Below are positions 10,901 through 25,140 of a stretch of DNA of 64,000 bases, one piece after another. This DNA is from the human T2T-CHM13v2.0 reference genome, Homo sapiens. Within the stretch, counting starts at the first letter, position 1, and the number at the start of each line of letters is the position of its first letter. The stretch lies in the NCBI RefSeq assembly GCF_009914755.1, contig NC_060925.1, one strand, 5' to 3'. The notes under the pieces were generated by a model. The model ran no database searches. It was given only the letters and a program-made list of their open reading frames with translations, and was not told the origin of the DNA. Both the position numbers and the translations under genes were made by a program.

Positions 10901-12772
10901 TGTGTAGCAGTGCCGAACCAGCGGGCCACCAACCAGGATGACGGGTCTATCCCAGTGGCGCTACCATCTGGCTGTGGTGAAAAGAATTTATAATTCCGTA
11001 GGCCAAGCTATTTTGAAATTAAGTGATTCTCGAGAAATTAAAACATTTTTGGTGATTGCATTATTTCACATTTTTTAATATAAAGATTGTACACAAGTGC
11101 ACTATTTCCCATTTGCATAATTCAAAGTTGCATCAGACACTCCCGTGTAGACTATAAATATGCACAGAAGGGACAGACTCCTCAGAATGAAAAGGAAGGC
11201 ATTTTGGAGGTTCCCCTTTGTCTTTTGGAATGACTCTCTAAGTAGTGTAGTCTCTGTGGCAGGGGCTCCGGAATCCCTACCCTTCGGGTTCAGGGCTTCA
11301 GGGAGGGAGTTGGGCCACAGTAGTTCCGGGATGACAGTGGCCACGTGAGAGAAGAAAACAGCCCGAGGAGAAGGGAAGGCACGGGTGTGTCCCCCCTCAC
11401 TGTGTACACACATGTCCTGGCTGCACAGCTGCTTCATTCCTCTAGTGCCTCCCAAGATCAGGGCAGGCCGTGTTGCCCTCTGGACTTCCAAGGGGGAAGT
11501 GAGTTACTGGCCCAAGTCACTCACTCATCAAGAACACTGAAGCCAGGTCTGCTGACTCCAGGGAGAGCCTTGTAGATTGTGAGGACCGAATGCATATAAA
11601 GTCCTTAGTCAACACCAGCACATGGTAGGTGCTAACACATGTTGGCTACTATTGTTTCTAAGAGAGGGTTTTCTTGAATGGAAAGAAAGGAGAAAAGACA
11701 GAGAGGAAGTCAGGAATGTCACAGAGACACTTTCTGGGGCACACAGGTGAGCAAGCACAGAGAGCAGAGCTGCCCAGGCCAGCTGCTGACTTTATTCCGT
11801 GTGTCCTCCAGGGGCACTGTGGAGAAAAGGGCAGTATGCCTAAGTGCTGGGAGAGGAAACAAACCTTTACATTCACCTGTGCTTCCGAACACACGCACGC
11901 GCCTCTCTCTGTACCTGACTTTGAATGGAACAAACCAGACTTTAACTAACAGGAACTTGAGCTTGTTCACTCAAACTCTGTCTAGGACTTTGTGTTGATC
12001 AGTCAGTGTGTTGCCCAGAACATTCCTTAGACTAGTTTTCTCAAAAAATTTTGACTACAATCCACAGTAAAACTCATTTTACATTTCATCTCAGTACACA
12101 TATTTATACAATAAAAACTAAAGTTTAATGAAATGATCTTGCCATTCCATCCCATTCTCTTCATCTGATTTCCTGTTTTAGTTTTGATCCACTAAGGTGA
12201 CTTTACAGCCCACGAGTGGGTTCTGACCTATAGTTTAGAAACCTGCTTAGACACTGTTGGGTGTGCAAGCTCACCCCTGGCTGTGAGCCCAGCGACGCCA
12301 GGGCAAAGGTGACATGGCTGTGGGGAAATGGGAGACTCCTGATGAGACAGAGGGGAGGGCATCTGGGGCGACTTTGAACATGACTTCAACCTGGCTGTTC
12401 ACCTTCACAGCTCTGGCAAGAACTCATGAGGATGTGTGAGCAGAGTGTTTGTCATGACAGGGACGTGTGGAATTGGGTACATTCAATCTGATGAGACTTC
12501 TGTGCAGCTGGGCTGGCAGGGGAGGGTTGAGGCAGGGAGCTGAGCAGAGAAAGGACTGCTGTCCTCACTTTTCAGTGGCTTGGGAAGGCCCGTGGTGCAG
12601 GAGTCAGTGCCATGAGAGTGGGGACCTCTCCACTCTGATGTCCCCTGTGCCTCGCGCTGTCCTGCCTACAGCAGGCAGGCTTAGGTGCAGAAAGGATGGA
12701 AGGGAGGGTGTGGGAGGAGGCGCAGCTGCTGCAGATAGGCCGAAGCCAGTAAGCAGTGGTTTTTCCTTGCAG

Positions 12773-12927
12773 ATGACTCAGAGGCTGGAGCTAAGCGGCC
12801 CCGGACCACCATCACAGCCAAGCAGCTGGAGACATTAAAGAATGCATACAAGAACTCCCCCAAGCCTGCCCGGCACGTGAGGGAGCAGCTGTCCTCAGAG
12901 ACAGGCCTGGACATGAGGGTCGTACAG
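12773..12927 (+). CDS. LHX4: LHX4 exon 4 (homeodomain N-terminal arm, helices 1-2)
   Basis: TTTTTCCTTGCAG acceptor and GTGAGA donor; 155 nt; encodes [52 protein letters not shown]; phase joins exon 3. Confidence 0.97.
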
Positions 12928-13071
12928 GTGAGATGCCAGCACTCCTGTGCCCTCCGGGGATCCCAGGCCCGGGACAGGGGTGGAAGGTATCCTGAGTGAC
13001 ATCAGCTCACGGGTGGTTGGGCTCAGGGCTTGACCCCAGGGCTTTTGCCAGAACTGAAGACAGAGTTCTGA

Positions 13072-13455
<384 letters not shown>

Positions 13456-15555
13456 TAATCCCTGGCACTCAGGAGGGATCTTTCTTGAGGCCTTGGCAAC
13501 TCCCTCCTGAACACAGGCTTTTCCTTAAGACTTGCAGTGAAGGGTGGGGGAAATGGTAGTGGCCCTTTACCATGGGACAGGAGTAGGAAACAAGATTGCT
13601 GAGGTCTGGAAGCTGGGATGGGCCAGGCCCCGTCCTGTGGCCCCAAGGTCTCCCCTCCCCTCCTGCTGACTGGGGCCTCCCTCATCAGCCCACACAGCTA
13701 TGAACAGATGACTGGGTTCCAGCCTTGTGCCCCTAGCCCCTCTCCCATCTTTGTCCCCTTTGCTGGGACACTGGCCTACTCCCATAGTCCCCTAGAGCCA
13801 CCCCTTCCTCCAGTCCTGGTGGTGGGGAGGTCATGCTCCACAGGTTTTTTCCTGGGAAATCAGTACTGTGAGTGCATGTGAGATGGGGAACTGGCTTCAC
13901 TTCCGAAATCCCTTTCCCCACCACTCACTTCATTCTGTCCCCTGCACACAAGCTTTGCAGCATGCACTATATTCAAATTCATGCATCAGCAAAATTGTAA
14001 ATTACTGCATGTTATGAATCCTCAGGTTGTTTGCAAAGAATCATAACTGTTCTCAGGTACTGAGTTCTCAAATGTGGAAGGTCTTCTGCGGAGGGGGAAA
14101 GGGAAGAGTACTCAACTGGCGATCAGAGACCTGGTTTCCAGTGCAGCTCTGTCAAATCGATTCACTTCTCTTGAGCCCCAGTATTCCCAAGAGGAATACC
14201 ATATCTTTGCCCATCTCACTGCGTTGTGGGGATCAATGAACACAACCAACTGTGGATGTGCTTGGGGAAAGCCTGGCACATTTGTATACCTGGAAGGCAT
14301 GATCGTTCCCACAGGGAGCGTGTGGCTCCCGCAGAGGGCCCTGGTCATTCGGGATGACAGGTATAGGGAAAAGGCTAACTCATGGCCATTTGACAATGGA
14401 GTGGAGCCTTCATCTTCCTGCTCCCTTTAAAGAGCATGAGCTCCCCCCACCATGTTTTTTCATAAGGGGAATGGGGGGCAGGCCTCAGAAGGGATGGGGT
14501 GTTGAAGTCTAGTCTGGGGAGGCCTTATTTAGGGATTGGTGCAGAGGCCCAGGTGGAAATAGAAAAGGAAGTTTGTGGGACAGAGGATGGAACAAGTTGC
14601 CTGCCAGGACAACGATGCCCTGGGAGGACTCTAGTTCAGCCCAGAGGTCAGCTGAGCCCTAGAGGGCAGCCTCCTCTGAGAACACAGGGCCCGTGAGGCC
14701 TTGGGGACAGCTCATGGGACTAATACTCACCTTTTAGGCTTCTTGGCAGGATTGGGAAAGTCAATCTCATCTGGGCTGTTGAAGTCAACACCTAGAACAT
14801 ACTGGATTGTTAAGCTCATTTCTGTTGGGTGCAGGTGGGTCCCTGGGCTGACCTATCATTGGTTTCTCTGGGAATAATTTCTCAAAGACTAAAACTGCTC
14901 ACCTCTGTTGGAGAGATAAATTCTTTCAAGTGGCAAAGATTCCATTAGATCCCCTTAATGAAATTCTTTAAGAAAAAAGAAGGTTCATTTGCCTTAATCA
15001 AGTCAATTCTTTGTCCCCAGTGAAGAGCTTATTGAATACAGACAGAAACCAAGTCCTTTGATATTGAACCTCTCTTCCAGATAGACCAGAAGGATTTTGT
15101 ACAGATGTCTAAGAGTGGTCCTCAGCTTCCCTGACCATATGGGCCTGCTTGCTTCCCAATCAACTAAACCAAGCCCTTTCTCAGCTTGAAAGCTTTCAGG
15201 GTAAATGTTGTCAGCATGTAGTTTCCATTTGTGATGTGGAGACATCTGACCCACCCAGCCTTAGGCATTCATCCTCCTCAGTGTAGCCAGAGTATTAGTA
15301 CACGAGCCACAAGGGACCAACGAGCTCACCAAACATTTGTCCATCCTTCTGGGACCTGGGAATTTAGTCTTTGCAGGTGTTTCTTGTTTTTCTCCTTGGC
15401 CTGGGTTGGCCTCTGGATATCAGGCTGCCATATTGGTGTGTCTGACCCATGCTTGGCTGCAAGGCAGCTGCCATCCTTGGGCATCTTTCCTGGTCATGTG
15501 TGTTCCTAGGTTGTGAAGAGCAGGGGACCATCAGAGTCCTGGCAGCTGACAATAA

Positions 15556-15972
<417 letters not shown>

Positions 15973-18900
15973 ACTTCTCTCCTCCCCACCCTACCTGCCC
16001 CCCTGGCTTGAGAGAATATCTTCAAGGATCAAAAGAGACTTGCCTTTTAAGGATCGAAAGTACGCCAATGTGAATTTCCATTATTTTCAATGGAAGTCCT
16101 CCGCTGATTCCTAGAAGGCTGTGAGACCACACTAGGGCATTGTTTCCCTGGGGAAGCAGTGGGAGAGCAGACTCATCTCAGAACACAGCACAGGGGGTAA
16201 TGGCCTAGAGCTCTAGGGACACTGGCTTGTTGGGTCTCTCCCCTGCTGTTCTGCTTAGGGGCTTGGCTGCTCAGTGCTTTGGTAGCACAAGGTGACTGTG
16301 ATAGGCCCCCTTGGCCTTTGGGAACTTTGCTCCAACTGGTGTGTCTCACACAATGCCTCCCAAAACACTGCTCTCACCAGAACTGAGACTCCTAAGGTAG
16401 AGGCCTCACAGCCCTTGAGTAAAATAAAAGTGATTTCTGGACCATCCTTATTGAACCCTATATTTCAAAATGAAAAGATCAGTTATTAAAGGTCAGTGAA
16501 CACTTTGATGGCCAGTTTGATATTAAAAACATGCCCCCTCCTTTTTTATTTTTGCTGTGAAGATATGAATTCTTTCCTACAAACCAGAGAATATGAACCT
16601 GTTTTGGTTTTTAAGTGTCCCATCTATATCATTGACTCTGATGGCAAGAGGTGGTTTTCATTGCAGGTGACTGAGGCTGAGCTGAGTAGCCCTGGACCAC
16701 CGCTGCAGATTGCCTGAGTCGTCCCCTTGGTGCACAGTGTGCCTTCTTCAATTGCTTGTATCATTTATTCCACAAGACAGGCTGTGGGCTGTAAAATGAG
16801 CAAAACTAAAATGTGGGGAGAACAAAATGACAATCAATCAGTGAACATTTGTAGACACATTTGGATTCCAAACCTGCAGTCTGTTCAGCCATATCGGCTG
16901 ATGCCAGTCTTCCAGAGTTCCCCATCCCTTGTAGGGTGAAATATTTGGAGTCTGTTTTGAAGGAGTTGGTTTAGATGAGCTTGCAAGTCTACCCCTCTGA
17001 AAGCTTTCTCTGCTGTCCTAGCTGACTCAATTGGAGGACAGTTTTGGTCATTTCCAGGAACCAGCAATTTTTTTTTGGCCTACCTTGGTTGGGAAGAGTA
17101 ATTTAGGGAGCAGCCCTAAAATTGTCCAAAGGGTTCTAAGTGGTTCTTGGGCTGCATCTCTCTGGATTGCTGGCTGGACACCTGCCATGCCTTGGGCTGC
17201 AGTCCCATGGTCAGAAAGCCAGAACTCTCTGGCCAGTGGTGGTGCAGGGACTCCCCGTTGTGCAGGTTTGCAGTAGCAAATCACTAAGCCTGAGGCCAGA
17301 GCAAGGCCAACCCCCGCTTTACGAGTTGCCACTCCTGCGACAGACTGCACTGCTGTGGGAAACGCTGTCCTGAATGGTGCTGCAGCTCCCACCCACCTTG
17401 TGCACCCATCTACCATCAGGAAGCTCTCCATGTGCAAACTGGAATTTAGCCAGCTGGAATTTATTCCTGTCCCTCTGGGAAGCTGTGGTTTGCTTCTTCT
17501 GGCCTCCCATTCTCTTAAATGAGATCAGCAGAGTAGGAAAGGGTGAGAAGGCATTGCCTATCACATGAAGTGATGGGGCCAGAGACCCTAAGGACCCTTC
17601 CTTCTACGAATGGTTGGTCACCTTTTGAGGACTGCAAAGACTTAGGCATGTCATAGGCAGACTAAAGGAAGAATACACAGTTCCTCTTGGACTGCTACAT
17701 CTTTTGTAAGCCCTTTTCCAGGACTAAACTAAGTTCAATTAAGTTCTTTAAAACAGTAAATTCCGGGATCAGCCTTCGGGCCCTCTTCTCTGACCAATTT
17801 TATAGCGTACCCTCGTTTTTTGGTGTGCTGCAGTGGTCATGATTTTTGCTTGAGAAGTCTGCAAACATAGACACTTCTCTTGAGGTTCCATGTTTATGGA
17901 TGATGTTGTGTTAATCCTAGCCAATTCTGTGCTATTGGGAATTCTCCAATCATGAACACTGGGGTGGGGAGGAAGACACAAATGCCATGTGAGGAAAGGA
18001 AAATGCAGTCGTCTTTTTGGAGGATGGCTTTTTAAATACACCCTTCTTAGCAGGCTGCTTAAAATACACAGGAGAAAAGGCTCTGCTGGGCAATGAACCA
18101 GATGAAAAGCTGCCCACCCAGATCACTGTTGCAGGTTGACTATTTGGCTTAGCAACTCATGGGATTTCAGAGGCCCTTGAAGTTTTTGGTGAGTATAGTG
18201 TGGGGGAGAGCAGGCTTTTTAAAAGGGCGGGGGGGCATCCTCCTCTGTGTAGCACTGTTTAAGATCACTGTAAGTTGACCAGTTTTTGTAAGTTAATCAT
18301 ACTAATTCCCAGTTCAATAGTGGAAGGAGAGGCCTTCCTCATTTATACTAATAATATAATAAATCTCTTGAGGAACTCAGTGAGCAGTTGACGAGGTCAA
18401 TAGTTCTTTGGCATCAGTAGGGCTGGTTAGCTGGAAAAACCCTTGAGAGCACTGGCCTGAAAACCAGGAGAGCTTTGTTTTCCAGAGCCACCTCCCCAGA
18501 AAGCAGCAAACATTGCTGCCTGTTTAGAAGCACAGCCACAGTAGGTCTAAGATTTTAAATGGATCTCCCTACAGGTTGGGTTAGCATTATGGGTGGGCTG
18601 GTGCCACTAATGAGCCATTGCATGACAGGACTCTTCTGGGGTTTGGAAATGGAGAAAAGCCGGGCATTCATTACTTTTAGCTTCTCTTAGAGGCACTCCT
18701 CTATTGCTTGGAAGTCTATTATGGGGTATAAGGTGCTACATGGTAGCTGTTTCCCCCCTTGCTAAAATGACATGGATGAATTTTAAAAATGAAATGAGAC
18801 CTTCTAGAGGCAACCATTATCTGCAGTGCCTGGCTGGTCGACTTTAGAGTAGGAAGCTCTTGAATCCAGGAGCAAATTAGTTAAAACCCCAAGTTCCAGT

Positions 18901-20375
18901 GGTAACTGGTATAAGCAAAATGGAAACTGAGGGGCTATGGAGGAATCTCTGTTTGTTGGAACGTAATGAAACCATGGAGGAAATACCAGATTTAAGGGCT
19001 AAGAAGCTGGCCCGATGGGTAAATCAGTGTTGGGAGTCAGGTTCTTGGCCCTTCAAGGACTTGCTATGCAACCTCAGGCAAATTCCTCTCAGTCTTTGTG
19101 CTTTCTCTTTCTTGTCTCATCTGACAGTTATGAATATAACGTAAAATAAAGATCAACTATCATTGATAACACTGTTCCTGCAAATGAATACTGTGAAACA
19201 TCAGGGAAAGAGGAAAAAATTAAGCCACAAGAAAACCATTTGGCAGTGTCCTTAAACTTTTTTTGGGGGGGGGGCAGTGTAAAACATGAAACCTAGTAAG
19301 ATAATTGGGCCATTAGATCTTCATCATTAAACTCACTTTGCAAGGAAGTGTAAGAAATCTGTAAAACAAAAGACATTCCTATCTCAGAAGCTCAAACTGG
19401 TGATTTCCAACTGCCTCTTTACAGGAGGGGGCTCAAGGCTTCTGATGAGCAAAGGCTGTGTGTTGTATGACAGTCCACTCTCTGCACCTACACTTCCACG
19501 TGCCACGACTGACAACTTGGTTATAACCATGAAAATAATGACCATACCTCCCCAGCCAGCAGGGTCTGGAAGGCCTGAGGAGGCTCATTTTTAAACACTG
19601 CACTTTAAAAATTGGAAACCGTGAGATGAAGAAAAATTCAATTAAGCGGAAATGAGTTTTGTTTTATTGCCTGCTGCTGAAGGGCTCTGGGCATGCTGAA
19701 AGCTAAATGAAAAGCACATCACTGGCTCTCTCTTTCTTGGATTGGTCAATTGGCCCTTTTTGCAGTAGTTGCTCCAACTGTTCTAAACAGTGAGTGACTG
19801 GAGCCAAAAAGAGAGAGCTCAGCAAAGCCATCCCATCCACACTCTGCTTGGTAGGACCACACTAAAAGCACAGTTTCATGCTGCTAGCTCTGGTAAGGAG
19901 ACAGCTGCAGGTTTGGGAGGTGCACCAAGCATTCCTTTGCTTAGGGAGGCAGAGCACAGGTGAACAGAGGAAGGACACCCCCACTCTCATCTATTGCCCA
20001 CCGAGAGGCAAGAATCACACCAACTTTCCCACTTGAGGACTGTGTTCGGCCAAACAAGCAGGTTCAGGGCTGCGGGATTCCAGAAGTTGCTCTGAGCTTG
20101 CAATCAGACCTCAAAGCCCCAGATCCCCTCAGCTCTGGATCGTTGCCCTCATCCTTCACAATGTAAATTTTGTACAGTTAAAGAGAAATGAAGTCTCGTT
20201 TCCTGGGGAAAAAAAAGAAAAAAAGAAAAAAAAAAGACCCACCCATCCTTATTTATTGCCATATGACTTTGGAAAACAGAAGCTGGTGCGTTTGTTTGTA
20301 TATGCCTCCTGTGTGTTGGCATGAGATGTGTACGGTAAAATTATGTAAAATAAATATGGAAATTCTTTAGATGCT
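15973..20375 (+). other. LHX4: LHX4 3' UTR (long form, ~4.4 kb)
   Basis: Largely TE-free stretch from the stop codon to a well-formed poly(A) site. The 3' end is inferred from motifs. Confidence 0.7.
16423..16428 (+). terminator. Proximal LHX4 poly(A) signal
   Basis: AATAAA ~450 nt after the stop, with ATTAAA at ~16485 and ~16522. Confidence 0.6.
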
Positions 20376-20420
20376 GATGTGTCTTGCTTTTCATTTGGTT
20401 TGCTGGAAGTTTTTTCTCTT
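20349..20420 (+). terminator. Distal LHX4 poly(A) site
   Basis: AATAAA at 20349-20354, several upstream TGTA (CFIm) motifs at ~20162-20347, and a GT/T-rich downstream element (TGTGTCTTGCTTTTCATTTGGTTTG). Confidence 0.75.
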
Positions 20421-20663
20421 GACATAAATAGAATAAAAACTGAGTGATGTGAGGTCCTTTCCTTTTATCATCAGAAGGAAACCAAATATACAACTCTGAA
20501 TGCCAGAACTATTATACTTAGAGCCATGAAATACCAGAACCACTCAATAAAGGACTGATTAGAGGAAGTTCCCTGGTTTTTCTAATAGTCATTTCCTGGG
20601 CACGATCCTCTGCCCCCAGACTTAGGAAATGAGCAGTAGAAATGTTGACCATATAACTTTTAG

Positions 20664-20991
<328 letters not shown>

Positions 20992-21348
20992 TAGCATTTT
21001 AAAAGTCCTTCACACTCATACATTTTTCTTTCTAGAGAAAGTATATGCAAATGTCTATATTTACAGAGGGACAGAAACACCTCATCAGAGTCATCAGGGC
21101 TCCTGGACAAACATTTTCCAGGAGAATCTCCATTTAGGTTTGTTTTCTCTGCAGGAGTCTTTATTAGTGTGCAGACCCTAAGTTTAGCTGGAATGGAAAC
21201 AGCAACAGGGACTTTTTCATTACATTAAAAAAAAAAAAAGTCATAGCATTTCTTTACAGCTGGGATTCCACTGTGGAAAAACTACAGCGTGTTTCTTTTC
21301 CCCACTAGTCATTAGTTTTGTTTGGCTGAAGAGAAGATCCAAAGCAGT

Positions 21349-21549
21349 GGCACTGTCCAATATGGTAGCTACTAGCCACACATGGCTATTTAAATTTAAA
21401 TTAGTATTAAATAAAACTAAAAGTTTAGTTCCTTACACTAGACACATTTTAGGTGCTCAACAGCTTCATGTGACCAGTGGCTACTGTATTTGGACGACAC
21501 TGATATAAAACAGTTCTATCATTGCAGATGGCTCTACTGGACGGTGCTC
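21349..21549 (-). mobile_element. MER3/MER33-type hAT-Charlie element
   Basis: GCACTGTCCAATATGGTAGCTACTAGCCACACATGGCTATTTAAATTTAAATT...GTGGCTACTGTATTTGGAC internal palindromic architecture. Confidence 0.75.
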
Positions 21550-24500
21550 ATAGAGTCTTGTTAGGGAGAGTGGGCAAGGAAATCTCATTCATCACATGTT
21601 TAGCTATTAGTTATCCTGGAATACTTGGTGAAATATTCTGAGACTCCTTAGACAGTAGCAGTGCCAACTTCTCTGCCACCTTATTGTGTGTGTGGCATTT
21701 CCCTCTCCCCCTTTGTTTTTTCTCCTTTCCTGGATAGAGAAAACTTAAAAAAAAAAATGCACTACATAGAACAATTTACTTAGGTACAAAGCAGGAGGTT
21801 GGGCTCTGGACCTCTGAGTTCTCTAATGCTGCCACTGGGTTGTTGTGACTTAACCTAAGTCCTACAACTGCTTTGTCCCCTAAAGTCTACCCACTTAAAC
21901 CGGAAAGTTAGTACCTCCCAGGCAGAATGCCCAGTGGGATTCTTGGAGGGATTAAAGGTCTTTTAGTGGAGACCCCCTCTGCTATCAAGGAGAGTCATGA
22001 CCCTTTGCCAAAATCATCTCCCGCGTTAAGTGCTTTATTAGGCTGAGAAAGGCAAGAGATCTTACTGGGTTATATACCAAGGAAGGGTGGAGAAGATGAG
22101 AAGTTCAAATGGGAGTGAAGATATTGGTAGGGGAATACAGAAGGTGCTGTACATAAGGTCTTTTTTTCTTCACTAGCCCAGTCTCTTGGGTGGTGGTTAG
22201 GGAAATTCACAATGTGGCTAGGAAGGGCTCTGTTGCTCCTAAACTTGGTTACTCATTGCTGAGGCACTGGTAATGGGCATGAGAATTTTGGCTAGTTTAT
22301 GCACTATATACCATGTTTTTGGGTAGCCTAACTTGTCTTCCATTCTCAGCCCCTCATCACCAGCCTATGTTGCATCTTTCTTTTCAACATACTATCAACT
22401 GTTTTTGAGTACAGCAGGTTCATTGGACCGCTTCCACTTTATCCTCTAGTGTACACAGCTTCCACCACAATGCTAACCTAGTAATAACTTTTTGGGATTA
22501 TAAAATGGCTGCAGCTCACAAAGGAGAGAAGATCTGGTCCCCGCAACAACAACCCCCTTATTTTAGTTTGGTCACTGGAGACTGGCACCTGAGCAGTCTG
22601 ATTTTCTTTCTGACAGTGGTTTTCCAAAAAGACAGCTGCTTAAAGAATAAAGGAAAGATATCACTAGCCAGAAAGAAGTAAGCAAGACTCACTCAGGAGA
22701 ACAAATGGAAGCTCCGCAGTCGGTGTTCCATTGCTTTCCTGTCCTTTCCCCTTGGGCCCAGGATTCTACTCAGCTAAAATCACAAAAGGAAAAAAGAAAT
22801 GAAAGGCAAGTCAGTGTGTTGCACATTTTAACTGATGGCTAAACTGCAAATAACATCTTGAGAGGTGATCCTCAATGTATCTGCATGTATTTCCTAAGAT
22901 TTGTTATGTGAGGCACAGTTTAAAAATTGTCCTTTACAGTCTGAAAGTGTGTCCTTTGCCACACTTGCTTAGAAGAATGCTATTTCATTTTTATTCAGAA
23001 TTCCTAGTGCCTTTCTTCATAAAGCCCCTTTGCCTGGCTGTGCAGGGAGCACTGATCAAGCTCTGTATGGATGATTATTTGTCTCATGACTGCCACAGGG
23101 AAGTACATAGTTCAGCCACTACTGTGGAGAAGTATTGAGTTAGGAGGGAGAAAAAAAAAATCAATGTTTATAAAATGGGGCCAAATCATTAGGAAAAGGG
23201 AAATTTTATTATCATCCTTCTAAAAGGAGTAATACAAATAAACCATCCGAAACTATTAAATAAAGGTCTTTTAAATGATCAGCTCCTGCCCGGGGAAGAG
23301 TATATCACATCCTCTCAGAGAAAGCAGACGTGGGCTTCTGCATGTAACATCTGTCTCTTTTGATTTTTTAATTCATTTTCTTCTGTCATTTTTGCCATTG
23401 TGATTTCAGGATTTTCCTTTAGAACCCTTTCTTTTTGGTGATTTTTCCTTTAGCCATCTCCAAAAACACAAAAATTGAATAAAAGTATTACACACAAACT
23501 GGTATGTTATTCTGTAATTAAATTGGGCAAGTTACAGGGTGTCCCTGAACTGGTCAGAACTTACAAGGCTCATAGAGGCTGAGCTGCCTCTAGAGTTGTA
23601 GGAGAGGCTTTTTTAAAAAAATTAATGATTTATCTTTCTCTTGCTTGCCAACCCTGGACCAGGATCTCCTGTTGGCTGGGAGGGGTTGGGGATTTGGGAA
23701 AGGCTGGGAATTGCTTTCTGAAAGATAAAATATAGACCCAAAAAAGTGGTCTTGGCACACATTTGGAGTTGGAAATAAGCAGTTAAAAAAAAAGAGCAAG
23801 AGAGACCATTAAAATGGTAAATAGATTTCAACAGATGGCTTCTGCACAGCAATGGAGAGCCCAGGCAAGAACTTTGGGGTTAAATCTCATATTTTAGTCA
23901 CCTGGGACTAGTTTATTATCTCAGAAAAACAAACATCCATAAAGTTGACAGCTCCCTCCCCTCCTCTGAAGTGGAATCCTTGAAGGTTGCCTCCTCACTG
24001 GCCAGCTGCCTGCAGATAGTGGCTTAGGGAATTGAAAGTCACTTTTTCGACACCTGTCAACTGCAGGGCTTAAAGCTGGAGGAATACAATAACTAAGAAA
24101 CTACATTACTGGTGGGCCAGAACTTCTATACTCAGTATGTGTGTGCTGGCTTTAAAAAAAAAAATCATTGTAACATTTAATGCTCCTCAATTAAAGTGAT
24201 TCCCTGGAGTGGATGCCAAGCTTCGTTCAGAATGCGCATTAACCACTTTCTGTATCGGTAGTTAAAGGCACTGAGGGATTTAAACAGCAATGCACAAGTC
24301 TGTTCAGTCAAGGTTTGGTGGAATAAAGCAGATTATAAACAATAATATATGTCTTTCTGTTTTTTTTTTTTTTTTTTTTTTGGAAGGGTTCCAAACTCAC
24401 AAACGGAGCTAAAGTGCTATAAACATATCCAGGACTAAGCTTTGGGCTCCACAAATGTACTCCATGAAAGCCATGGGCACAGGAAGTGCCACTTTTTATC

Positions 24501-25140
24501 CTGTGTGTGTGCATAAGCTTGTACTTTAAAAGAGCCTTTTATTACACAAAGTGTCCATCAACTGAACTTACCTTCTAAATATTAAAATGGAAACCGAGAT
24601 TGCTACGCAAGTGAGAGGAAAAATAAATCCTGCTTTTAGTGCGTATAAATGTGGCTGCTGCCTAGTACAGTCCATTGGAAGTCACCTGTTGACTCCTTAA
24701 TGCCCTCATAGTCCCACATGTTCAGCCACTGCATCTAGTAGCATTAGGTTCAAATGGTGACTTTCCCACCTCTGAGAAAAACCCACCCTGAGTGCCTAGA
24801 GCTCCACCATGAGACAAGTGCATGCTGTTGGGCAGCTCCTCCCCTGGTTTTCTCACCTGGTTTTTAACTTCCGTATTCTATCATTTAGGAATAAAATCAG
24901 CAAAAGATTCTGTCATGCATAGAAACCAGTCTGTAACTTGTGAACACCCTGACCTGGTTTTTAGGACCAGGAATACAAAGGAAGGAATAGTGTCCCCAGA
25001 AGTAATTCCAGTACATGCATCCCATAAGAGAGTGAAAAATGTGAAATAATTACATTTGTTTTGTAATTGTGCTAAGAAAAAGTGATACAACAAAACACAC
25101 GAAAGAAAATTTTGAAGAATTCAAGTATAAAAGAAAAATA

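Noticed and set aside
14656-14670. CTCF-like motif GCCCTAGAGGGCAGC
   Set aside because: A single imperfect match is common by chance and needs ChIP evidence.
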